Shown here: positions 50,446-59,262 of the stretch, one piece after another
Layout of the letters: the number at the start of each line of letters is the position of its first letter
How positions within the stretch are numbered: position 1 is the stretch's first letter
Sequence record: SRR2962707_3481
DNA: 64,000 nucleotides
Strand: one strand, 5' to 3'
Translations under genes and position numbers: made by a program
The notes under the pieces: generated by a model
Told to the model about the DNA's origin: nothing
Databases searched by the model: none
The model's input: only the letters and a program-made list of their open reading frames with translations

Positions 50446-51786
50446 ATGAATAAAACGATCTATTGGTCTGTCACGGCAGCATTGGCCGGCTTCCTTTTTG
50501 GGTTTGATACCATTGTCATCAATGGCGCAGAACAAGAGCTCCAGGTGCTTTGGGGTTCATATACACTTTTTGGGAGTAATGATGCATTTCATGGATGGAT
50601 CGTTGTGGCATCAGCGCTTTGGGGCACGGTGGTAGGAGCCATGGTCGGAGGTATTCCCAACGATAAACTGGGACGGAAGAAAACCCTCATTCTCATCGGT
50701 ATGTTGTACACCGTTTCAGCATTGGGTTCGGCCATGGTCAATGACCCCTGGTTGTTTGCTTTCTTCAGATTCATTGGAGGCTTAGGTGTTGGTGCATCCA
50801 CAGTAGCCAGTCCGGTTTTTATCAGCGAAATCGCTCCTGCCGAAAAAAGAGGCAGACTTACGGCGTTGTATCAACTTAATCTTGTCATTGGGATATTGAT
50901 TGCTTTCGTTTCCAATTACCTCATTGCCAAATCCATTTCGGTAGATGCCTGGAGGTGGATGGTAGGTGTGGAAGCCATTCCAGCGCTGATTTATACCATC
51001 ATGGCATTTGGTCTACCAAATAGTCCACGTTGGCTCATTGTGATGAAAAACGATATTGAAGGTGCGCGCAAGGTTTTTTCATTTCTTTATCCAAAAGAGA
51101 AAATTGAAGACCAAATCAACCACGTGAAAGCCAATATGGAGGAAAGCAATGTGTCCACAGATAGGCTATTTTCCAGAAAATATCGAATCCCTTTAATGTT
51201 GGCTTTTGCCATTTCCTTTTTTAATCAATTCAGTGGAATCAATGCATTGCTCTATTACGCACGTCGGATTTTTGAAGCGGCCGGCTTAGGCGCTGAAGCC
51301 GGATTGCTTGGATCGGTTGGCTTAGGCGTTGCAAATCTGATTTTCACCATTCTGGGAGTTATGCTGATTGATCGTTTGGGAAGAAGGACGTTGATGTATA
51401 TCGGCTCGGTGGGATACATTATCACACTGGCAACAACCTCTCTTGCTTTTACCTATGGGTGGACAGACATCATCCCTGTGGCATTGTTTTTATTTATTGG
51501 AGCCCATGCTATTGGACAAGGTGCGATCATTTGGGTGTTTATATCCGAGGTTTTTCCAAATCACTTAAGATCCTATGGGCAGGCTTTTGGGACATCTGTT
51601 CATTGGGTGCTTGCTGCTATTATTCCTGCGATGATCCCTTTCGTGATGAATCCTGAGGTATTAGGCCCATCCATTGTCTTTGCTATTTTCGCTGGTTTTA
51701 TGGTGCTCCAGTTACTTTTTGTAATGTTCGTAATGCCAGAAACAAAGGGAATACCACTGGAGGAATTACAGAAGAAATTCAACTAG
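50446..51786 (+). CDS. Sugar porter family MFS transporter
   Basis: GFLFGFD, DKLGRK, ISEIAPAEKRG, PNSPRWL, QFSGIN, DRLGRR, PETKG. Confidence 0.94.
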   Translation: MNKTIYWSVTAALAGFLFGFDTIVINGAEQELQVLWGSYTLFGSNDAFHGWIVVASALWGTVVGAMVGGIPNDKLGRKKTLILIGMLYTVSALGSAMVNDPWLFAFFRFIGGLGVGASTVASPVFISEIAPAEKRGRLTALYQLNLVIGILIAFVSNYLIAKSISVDAWRWMVGVEAIPALIYTIMAFGLPNSPRWLIVMKNDIEGARKVFSFLYPKEKIEDQINHVKANMEESNVSTDRLFSRKYRIPLMLAFAISFFNQFSGINALLYYARRIFEAAGLGAEAGLLGSVGLGVANLIFTILGVMLIDRLGRRTLMYIGSVGYIITLATTSLAFTYGWTDIIPVALFLFIGAHAIGQGAIIWVFISEVFPNHLRSYGQAFGTSVHWVLAAIIPAMIPFVMNPEVLGPSIVFAIFAGFMVLQLLFVMFVMPETKGIPLEELQKKFN

Positions 51787-51787
51787 G

Positions 51788-52282
51788 CTAGCCTACTTTC
51801 ACTTTATTACCCATTAGGTCTTCATAGAAATGATGGATATCAAACATCTGCTGTGCGCCAATCTTTTGGCCGGCTTGCGCTGAGAAGTAAAGCGTTGCGG
51901 CAATGATTCCGAAGATCGGAATAGCCCATAGCACCGAGGCATCCAGATCCAAGCTCCACCTTGTCAAACCCCACATCCCGATAAACATGGAGAGCAGGCC
52001 CAAAGCAACATAGCTAAAAAAGAATACTGCCCAAACGGTAGGATTCGGCCCATAAAGCCCGCGGATAATCACGGTTTTTTCGTCCTGTTCAAAGGAGAGA
52101 TGAAGCTGGGGTGACCAAAAGTGCTGTTCATCCGGGTGAACTTTGATATAGATGTGACCGGGGAGATAATTGTAGATCAAAGTCTTCTCCTCCCTGAGTT
52201 TTTCAACAATTCTTTTCTCAAGCTCTTCCTTATTGCCGCTTAATTCCTGGCGGAATCTTGGTCGAATTTTAAAACTGGACAT
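51788..52282 (-). CDS. Hypothetical membrane protein (2 TM)
   Basis: 164 aa; HFWSPQLHL, GLYGPNPTVW followed by two hydrophobic helices. Confidence 0.75.
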   Translation of the reverse strand: MSSFKIRPRFRQELSGNKEELEKRIVEKLREEKTLIYNYLPGHIYIKVHPDEQHFWSPQLHLSFEQDEKTVIIRGLYGPNPTVWAVFFFSYVALGLLSMFIGMWGLTRWSLDLDASVLWAIPIFGIIAATLYFSAQAGQKIGAQQMFDIHHFYEDLMGNKVKVG

Positions 52283-52317
52283 GGGACGAATCTAGGGGCA
52301 ATTAGACTACAAAAAAA

Positions 52318-52329
52318 TGATGAAAGTCA
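52318..52329 (-). promoter_or_regulatory. CRP/FNR-like site upstream of the 164-aa gene
   Basis: TGA-TGAAAG-TCA; 23 nt from minus-strand TAGATTCG (52294-52287). Confidence 0.55.
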
Positions 52330-52398
52330 GTGCCAATATCTCTTTCCGGCATTGCATTGGAATCCGCATTATCAATAGGAGCTATTCGGGTTTCGTTG

Positions 52399-52443
52399 TG
52401 TAACAAACGTTACAATCTTCGCTTTTCCCCACTCGTACATTTG
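52399..52443 (+). promoter_or_regulatory. RND operon promoter: TGTAAC-N4-GTTACA palindrome plus -7 element TACATTTG
   Basis: Palindrome at 52399-52414; exact TAnnTTTG at 52436-52443. Confidence 0.7.
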
Positions 52444-52461
52444 CTCAAATTCTAATGATAA

Positions 52462-53775
52462 ATGAGACGAAAAGTATTTTTAATAGGGGTATTAGCGTTA
52501 GGGGCAATATTTGGATTTGGGCAGGATACCACGATGGTTTCGAAGGAAGAGGTTCTTTCGAAAGTCAAGGAGGGTAATTACCAGGCAAAGGCCTCCCAAA
52601 TACAAGCCCAGATGGCAGCATCGGATTATCAGCAATCCAATTCATTGTACCTGCCTCAGGTATCAGCTTCCTACACTGCTATTACCACCAATAATCCATT
52701 GATGGCATTTGGTTCGAAGCTGAATCAGGAGATTTTAACCCAAGCAGATTTTAACCCGGCACTGTTAAATGACCCGGACAATGTACAGAACTATGCGACA
52801 GAGATCCTTGTGCTGCAGCCACTCTTAAATCTCGATGGAGTTTACGGGAGAAATGCTGCAAAAATTCAGAAGGAAGCTTATCAACTAAAAGCAGAAAGAA
52901 CAACTGAGTATTTGGAGCTGGAGGCGACCAAAATGTACATGCAGTTGCAGTTGGCGTATGAGGCCGTCACTGTCTTGGAAAAAGCTGTGGCTACATCCGA
53001 TGAAGCTTTGTCTATGGTTACGGATTATTATGAGCAAGGAATGCTGCAGAAAGCAGATTTGCTGGATGTGAAAGTAAGAGCCGGAGAGGTGCAGAATCAA
53101 TTGAAGTATGCTCAATCGAATGTTCAGAATACATCTGATCAGTTGGCCATTCTGATTGGTGAGAAGCCCGGAAACGAGTTGTATAAACCTGTAGAAAGAT
53201 CACCATCTACTTTCGAAATGTCGGAGATGACAATCATACTACCGGAGGGAAGAAAAGACCTGTTGGCTATGGAAAAATCAGTAGAAGGGTATGAAAGCAT
53301 GCTCAAATCCTCCAGGATGAAATTCATGCCTAGGATCAATGCATTTGGAAGTTTCCAACTCTACGACAATCAATTCCTGGCTTTCAATGCCTCCGGATAT
53401 GTTCTGGGTGCAAAGCTTTCCTGGGACTTGTTCAATGGCTATTCCAACATAGCAAAAACTACCAAAGCAAGGTTGCAGGCAGATAAGGCCAGGGTGGAGC
53501 AAGAAGAATATTCAGCTCAGCAACAAGCAGAACTAAACAAAGCCAACAGGATGCTGATGGATGCACAAAACAAGGTATCTCTGGCAGAATTGGCTTTTGA
53601 GCAATCGAGTGAGGCCTATCGGACAAGAAAAGATCGATTTGAGGAAGGGTTGGAAACGACAACTGACCTGCTTGCTTCTGAAACACAGATGTTCAAGAAA
53701 GAGCTGGAATATCGGCAGGCCATTTTCGAATACAATTTCACCAGTGCATACCTGGAATTTTTAACAAGACAATAA
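52462..53775 (+). CDS. TolC-family outer-membrane efflux protein
   Basis: Signal peptide, two OEP repeats (LYLPQVS / FMPRIN, SWDLFNG); first gene of the RND operon. Confidence 0.9.
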   Translation: MRRKVFLIGVLALGAIFGFGQDTTMVSKEEVLSKVKEGNYQAKASQIQAQMAASDYQQSNSLYLPQVSASYTAITTNNPLMAFGSKLNQEILTQADFNPALLNDPDNVQNYATEILVLQPLLNLDGVYGRNAAKIQKEAYQLKAERTTEYLELEATKMYMQLQLAYEAVTVLEKAVATSDEALSMVTDYYEQGMLQKADLLDVKVRAGEVQNQLKYAQSNVQNTSDQLAILIGEKPGNELYKPVERSPSTFEMSEMTIILPEGRKDLLAMEKSVEGYESMLKSSRMKFMPRINAFGSFQLYDNQFLAFNASGYVLGAKLSWDLFNGYSNIAKTTKARLQADKARVEQEEYSAQQQAELNKANRMLMDAQNKVSLAELAFEQSSEAYRTRKDRFEEGLETTTDLLASETQMFKKELEYRQAIFEYNFTSAYLEFLTRQ

Positions 53776-53797
53776 CAACAAGACATTTCAAAATATC

Positions 53798-54871
53798 ATG
53801 AAAACGAAATACATATTAAGTACAGCTATTCTGATTGCAGTATTGGCAAGCTGTGGTTCTGCGGATGAAAAAAACATCACGGAGCTACCGCCGGTGGCAG
53901 TGAAAGTTGGAACCGCAATGGTTAAAGAAGGAGTGGAGACCATCACCGCAAGCGGAAAAATTGAGGCAGGAAATAGCGCCAATGTCAGTACCCGAATGAT
54001 GGGACACGTGACTAGCTTAAAAGTGCAATCTGGCGACAGGGTAGCCAAAGGTGATTTGTTGGTGGCAATTACCAATGCCGACCTGGTAGCAAAAAGAGCC
54101 CAGGTGGATGCTTCCATAGCACAAGCTCAAAGTGGATATGAAAATGCAAAAAAGGACTTGGAGCGATTCAAGGTATTGTTCGAAAAGGGAAGTGCTTCTG
54201 AGAAGGAGTTGGAAAACATGACTACCCGTTTCGAAATGGCCCAGGCAGGATTGGATGCAGCCAATCAGATGAAAAGAGAGGTCAACGCTCAGTTTGAGTA
54301 CACCAATATCAGGGCACCATTCGGCGGTGTAGTGGCCAACACCTTTGTGAAAGTAGGGGACATGGCCAATCCGGGCATGCCACTGGTCACTGTGGAAGGG
54401 ACTGGCGGATATCAGGCAACCGTGTTGGTAGCAGAATCAGATATTTCAAAAATAAAAGAAGGAGCCAAAGCATCTCTGATTGTGAAGTCCAATGGCACTT
54501 CACTAGGTGGTAAAGTAGTTGAGGTAAGTCCTTCAGCTAAGAATACAGGCGGTCAGTTTATTGTGAAGATTGATATCGATGAATCAAAAGAAGTACTACC
54601 GGGAATGTTTGTCAATGCGAACATTGATGCTTCCTCTCAAAAAGTAGCCCGGACATCACCAATGGTGAAAGAAACCGCCTTGATCAACAATGGTCAGCTC
54701 ACCGGACTTTATGCCCTGAGCGATGCGAACACAGCTATTCTACGATGGGTACGAACCGGTAGAATGACGAATGGGAGTGTAGAGATTCTCTCCGGGATCA
54801 GCGAAGGTGAAAAGTACATTGAAGTGGCCGAAGGCAAACTTTTCAATGGCGCCAAAGTGACGGTACGATAA
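53798..54871 (+). CDS. RND efflux periplasmic adaptor (lipoprotein)
   Basis: Lipobox LASC, GDRVAKGD, IRAPFGG, LPGMF, VEILSGI. Confidence 0.93.
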   Translation: MKTKYILSTAILIAVLASCGSADEKNITELPPVAVKVGTAMVKEGVETITASGKIEAGNSANVSTRMMGHVTSLKVQSGDRVAKGDLLVAITNADLVAKRAQVDASIAQAQSGYENAKKDLERFKVLFEKGSASEKELENMTTRFEMAQAGLDAANQMKREVNAQFEYTNIRAPFGGVVANTFVKVGDMANPGMPLVTVEGTGGYQATVLVAESDISKIKEGAKASLIVKSNGTSLGGKVVEVSPSAKNTGGQFIVKIDIDESKEVLPGMFVNANIDASSQKVARTSPMVKETALINNGQLTGLYALSDANTAILRWVRTGRMTNGSVEILSGISEGEKYIEVAEGKLFNGAKVTVR

Positions 54872-54899
54872 GACTGGGATATAAATAAACGATAAGAAA

Positions 54900-57800
54900 A
54901 TGCAAGAAGGAATATCAGGTAAAGTAGCCCATTTTTTCATCCACTCGAAGTTGACTGTCCTCTTGATGGTTGCGCTAATGATCATCGGGGTTTACAGCTC
55001 ATTCCTGATCCCACGAGAGGAGGAACCACAGATCGTCGTGCCGATGGCAGACGTGATGGTGGGTTATCCGGGTGCTTCACCTACTGAAGTAGAAAGCCGT
55101 GTGGTAAAGCCGCTGGAGAAAATCATCTCCAATATTAAAGGGGTGGAACATGTGCACAGCATGGCCATGAATGGAGTAGCTGTGATGGTAGTTCAATTCT
55201 ATGTTGGCGAAGACACAGAGAGATCATATGTCAAGTTGTACGACGAAATTTTGAAACATGAGGACATGTTTCCGGAGGCGGTTTACGATCCGGTTGTTAA
55301 AACACGCTCCATTGATGACGTGCCCATGCTGGGTCTTACCCTGTGGAGCCAGTCCTATGACGATTTCCAGCTACGTCAGTTAGCCGAAGAAGTCACTTCA
55401 GAGATAGAAAAAGTCAAAGATGTAGCGATTACCAAGCAGATTGGTGGCAGACCAAGAGAGTTGAGAATTGTTGTTGATAAAGACAAGATGGCTGAAAACC
55501 AGGTGGATGTGTTGAGCATCATGCAAATGGTAAAAGCCAGCAACAGCAGCTCACAATCGGGCAAGTTTGTCAGCTCGGACGAGGAGTTTCTTTTAACGAC
55601 CGGACAATTTCTCTCATCTGCTAAAGATGTGGAAGGAATTGTAGTAGGTGTGAACAAAGGAATGCCGGTGTATCTACACCAGGTAGCAGAAGTGCTGGAT
55701 GGCCCTTCAAAACCTAAGGATTATGTAGCCTTTGGGTATGGAAAAGCCAATGCGGCTTATGCAGAGAATCCTTCATCCTATCCGGCTGTGACCATTTCCA
55801 TTGCCAAGGTCAAAGGAGCTGACGCAATGAAAGTGTCGGATAAGATCCTCGAAAAGGTGGAAAACCTTCGGGAGACACTGATTCCGGATGATGTGAAGTT
55901 GGAAGTGACACGAAACTATGGTGAAACCGCATCTCACAAAGTAGGAGAGTTGTTATTACACCTTGGCGTAGCGATCATCGCTGTGACAGTGCTTGTGATG
56001 ATGGCAATGGGTTGGAGAGGAGGCCTGGTGGTTTTCCTTTCGGTTCCATTGACGTTTGCCCTGACTCTCTTCAGTTACTACATGTTGGGGTATACCCTAA
56101 ACAGAATTACGCTTTTTGCTCTGGTGTTCGTGGTGGGTATTGTGGTGGATGATAGCATCATCATTGCTGAGAACATGCACCGTCACTTTAAGTCCAAGAG
56201 ACTTCCGTTTGCACAGGCAGCAATATATGCCATCAATGAGGTAGGAAACCCAACGATCCTGGCGACTTTCACGGTCATTGCAGCGATTCTGCCTATGGCT
56301 TTTGTATCTGGTATGATGGGGCCATACATGAGTCCTATGCCTATTGGCGCATCCATCGCGATGATGCTATCCTTGTTTGTGGCCTTGACGGTGACACCAT
56401 ATTTGGGATATCATTTCCTGAGAGAGAAAGGAAAGAAAGGTGAAGAGAATGAAGGCCATGGAGAGCATGGATCTGGCTGGATTCACAGGGTGTATGACAA
56501 AATCGAAAAGCCACTACTGGAAAGCGGTACAAAAAGATGGGTGATGTTGGGCATAACCGTGGTTTTACTCTTCGGTTCCATGATCATGTTCTTCACCAAG
56601 TCAGTAGCTGTGAAGATGCTGCCATTCGATAACAAGAATGAATTTCAGGTGGTCATAGACATGCCGGAAGGTACCACTTTGGAGCGAACCTCGGCTGTGA
56701 CAACTGAGATTGCACAATACCTTGCGACAGTACCAGAGGTGGTCGACTATCAGACTTATGCCGGAACCTCAGCGCCAATCACCTTCAATGGGCTGGTGCG
56801 TCACTATGACCTACGCGGGGGAAGCAACATGGCGGATATTCAGGTCAACTTGCTTCACAAGGAAGATCGTGATGATGACAGTCACACCATCGCTACACGG
56901 GTACGACCTGAAGTACAGCGGATCGCCAGACGATACAATGCAAATGTCAAAATAGTGGAGGTACCACCAGGCCCTCCTGTGCTATCCACGCTTGTTGCCG
57001 AAGTATATGGTCCTGACTACAACGAGCAAATCAAAGTAGCCAGACAGGTAAAGGACATCCTTGAAAATACACAGGATGTGGTGGATGTAGATTGGTATGT
57101 GGAAGCCGGGCAGACTGAATATCGATTGGAAGTGGATCGTGAAAAGGCCATGATGTATGGAATTGTACCGCAGCAGGTAGTTGGCAACCTTACTTACCTG
57201 ATTGGTAGTCATGCCATTTCGACTTTATACGATGAAACCTCCAACAATCCGGTGGATATCGTCATGGCTTTGGAGGACAAAGAACAAGCAGGCATCAGGT
57301 CGGTTCAAAACCTGAAAGTAAAAGGAATGACCGGTCATATGGTGCCGGTAAATGATATCGTGCAGGTGAAGAAGGACACCTTGCAATCAACGATATATCG
57401 AAAAGATCAGAAACGGGTAGTGTACGTGCTGGCTGACATGGCCGGAGCGTTGGAAAGTCCGGCTTATGCCATCCTCGGGATGACAGAAAAGCTGGAACAA
57501 ATGCAGCTACCCAAAGGATACAGTGTTAGTGAGTTGTATATGAACCAGCCATCTGATGAGTCAGATTTCACAGTGAAGTGGGACGGTGAGTGGCAGATCA
57601 CTCTGGAAGTGTTTCGTGATTTAGGTGGCGCTTTCCTCGTGGTGATCATCGTGATCTACATGCTCATCGTTGGCTGGTTTCAAAACTTCAAAACACCGAT
57701 TGTAATGATGCTTGCGATTCCGCTCTCACTGATCGGGATTGTTTTGGGGCACTGGTTGCTGGGGGCGTTCTTCACAGCCACTTCATTCATCGGCATGATT

Positions 57801-58103
57801 GCCCTGGCGGGTGTCATGGTAAGAAACTCAGTGTTGCTGATCGACTTTATTGAGATCAGATTGAAGGATGGTGTGGATCTGAAAACAGCCATTATTGAAG
57901 CAGGAGCAGTGAGGACCACCCCAATTTTATTGACAACCGGTGCAGTAGTGATCGGTGCATCCATTATCCTGTTCGATCCAATCTTCCAGGGACTCGCGAT
58001 CTCGCTGGTTGCAGGAGCCATTGTATCGACCATGCTCACGCTTGTGGTGGTGCCACTCATCTACTACATGACGGAAAAGAAAAAATGGGAGCAGGCCAAT
58101 TAA
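54900..58103 (+). CDS. RND efflux permease
   Basis: 1067 aa; YPGASP.EVE, GIVVDDSIIIAEN (TM4), GVMVRNS, RTTPILLT. Confidence 0.95.
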   Translation: MQEGISGKVAHFFIHSKLTVLLMVALMIIGVYSSFLIPREEEPQIVVPMADVMVGYPGASPTEVESRVVKPLEKIISNIKGVEHVHSMAMNGVAVMVVQFYVGEDTERSYVKLYDEILKHEDMFPEAVYDPVVKTRSIDDVPMLGLTLWSQSYDDFQLRQLAEEVTSEIEKVKDVAITKQIGGRPRELRIVVDKDKMAENQVDVLSIMQMVKASNSSSQSGKFVSSDEEFLLTTGQFLSSAKDVEGIVVGVNKGMPVYLHQVAEVLDGPSKPKDYVAFGYGKANAAYAENPSSYPAVTISIAKVKGADAMKVSDKILEKVENLRETLIPDDVKLEVTRNYGETASHKVGELLLHLGVAIIAVTVLVMMAMGWRGGLVVFLSVPLTFALTLFSYYMLGYTLNRITLFALVFVVGIVVDDSIIIAENMHRHFKSKRLPFAQAAIYAINEVGNPTILATFTVIAAILPMAFVSGMMGPYMSPMPIGASIAMMLSLFVALTVTPYLGYHFLREKGKKGEENEGHGEHGSGWIHRVYDKIEKPLLESGTKRWVMLGITVVLLFGSMIMFFTKSVAVKMLPFDNKNEFQVVIDMPEGTTLERTSAVTTEIAQYLATVPEVVDYQTYAGTSAPITFNGLVRHYDLRGGSNMADIQVNLLHKEDRDDDSHTIATRVRPEVQRIARRYNANVKIVEVPPGPPVLSTLVAEVYGPDYNEQIKVARQVKDILENTQDVVDVDWYVEAGQTEYRLEVDREKAMMYGIVPQQVVGNLTYLIGSHAISTLYDETSNNPVDIVMALEDKEQAGIRSVQNLKVKGMTGHMVPVNDIVQVKKDTLQSTIYRKDQKRVVYVLADMAGALESPAYAILGMTEKLEQMQLPKGYSVSELYMNQPSDESDFTVKWDGEWQITLEVFRDLGGAFLVVIIVIYMLIVGWFQNFKTPIVMMLAIPLSLIGIVLGHWLLGAFFTATSFIGMIALAGVMVRNSVLLIDFIEIRLKDGVDLKTAIIEAGAVRTTPILLTTGAVVIGASIILFDPIFQGLAISLVAGAIVSTMLTLVVVPLIYYMTEKKKWEQAN

Positions 58104-58107
58104 TCAC

Positions 58108-58428
58108 ATGAATAGTACAAACATGGAATTATTACTTATCACAGCAGTTCAGTCCTTTGAGGAGGAGATCAAAAAGCTGCTAAAGCAAAATGGGGTCAAA
58201 GCCTACTCACACATGGATGTAACAGGCTATAAAGACCTGTCGGAAGAATCACAAGATGACAACTGGTTTGCATCCGGTGTGGGAGAACATCGATCTGCGC
58301 TTTTCTATGCCTTTGTGGAAGCGGATGGTGTAGATAAGGTACTGGAGGCCATTCAGCAACTGAACCAGGGACAAGAAACGCACTCCTATGTGCATGGGGC
58401 CGTGCTTGGAATAAAGAAAATGGTATAA
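58108..58428 (+). CDS. PII/GlnB-like small protein
   Basis: Ferredoxin-like pattern LLITAV..E.IKKLL...GVKAYS...V.G...; start 58108 or 58123. Confidence 0.55.
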   Translation: MNSTNMELLLITAVQSFEEEIKKLLKQNGVKAYSHMDVTGYKDLSEESQDDNWFASGVGEHRSALFYAFVEADGVDKVLEAIQQLNQGQETHSYVHGAVLGIKKMV

Positions 58429-58442
58429 ATCAATTAACAAAA

Positions 58443-58628
58443 ATGAAAAATAGAATCATACACGCAATCGCCGGCACATTCATATTAGCTAGCCTTTTAT
58501 TGGCTATTTATGTGAATATCAACTGGCTTTGGTTTACTGCTTTCGTAGGAGCCAATTTGCTGCAATCATCCATCACCAAGTGGTGCCTGATGGCAGATAT
58601 TTTGACCAAGCTCGGGGTGAAGGATTAA
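58443..58628 (+). CDS. DUF2892 (YgaP-like transmembrane) protein
   Basis: R.I..IAG, FVGANLLQS.ITKWCL...L.KLG. Confidence 0.88.
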   Translation: MKNRIIHAIAGTFILASLLLAIYVNINWLWFTAFVGANLLQSSITKWCLMADILTKLGVKD

Positions 58629-58641
58629 AAAGCAGATGTCA

Positions 58642-58676
58642 TTGATGGTAATCATGAGATTGCCTGATGATAGTAC
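58642..58676 (+). promoter_or_regulatory. FNR-like box and degenerate second site upstream of the CBS gene
   Basis: TTGAT-GGTA-ATCAT (9/10 match to TTGAT-N4-ATCAA); second site TGA-TGATAG-TAC 22 bp later; then 23 nt to TACATTAT (58700). Confidence 0.55.
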
Positions 58677-58727
58677 TATGAGCTCATGAGTTAAACCTGT
58701 ACATTATCCCTAAAATCAGCTCAGGAG

Positions 58728-59141
58728 ATGAAAAAGGTTACGGTTTCAGAAATTATGACAAAGCAGGTTCATTTTCTAACAGTGGAAGATGACCTGCTTT
58801 CTGCGCGTAAATTGATGCATAAATATCACGTCCATCATTTACCGGTGATTGAAAATGGCCAGCTTGTTGGAATGTTGAGCCACCACGACATCTCCAGAGT
58901 TGAATACCTTGCCGAATTCATCGGAGAGCAATTGGAGGACAGTGACATCTTCAAGTCCATGTCCGTGTCAGAGATAATGATAAAGGACATCTATTTTATT
59001 GATGCAAAATCCTCCATTGCTGAAGCTATCCACGTTTTTAGCAAAGCAGACTTTCATAGCCTTCCTGTCATGGCAGATGAAAAGATTGTCGGCATCATCA
59101 CATCAAAAGATCTGTTCTTACATCTTGATGTAGCTCAGTAA
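58728..59141 (+). CDS. CBS domain pair protein
   Basis: VSEIMTK...HHLPVIE.GQLVGMLS..D; VSEIM...SLPV...IVGIIT..D. Confidence 0.92.
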   Translation: MKKVTVSEIMTKQVHFLTVEDDLLSARKLMHKYHVHHLPVIENGQLVGMLSHHDISRVEYLAEFIGEQLEDSDIFKSMSVSEIMIKDIYFIDAKSSIAEAIHVFSKADFHSLPVMADEKIVGIITSKDLFLHLDVAQ

Positions 59142-59262
59142 ACCATTCTTTCTGTTTACATCTCGTCTATTTGGTATGATATTGGTTGGTCAACTAGTTA
59201 TGAATGACTTTATTTGAATGTTCATTCTACCACGCTTTTGTTTAACCTAATAAATTTTTGTT

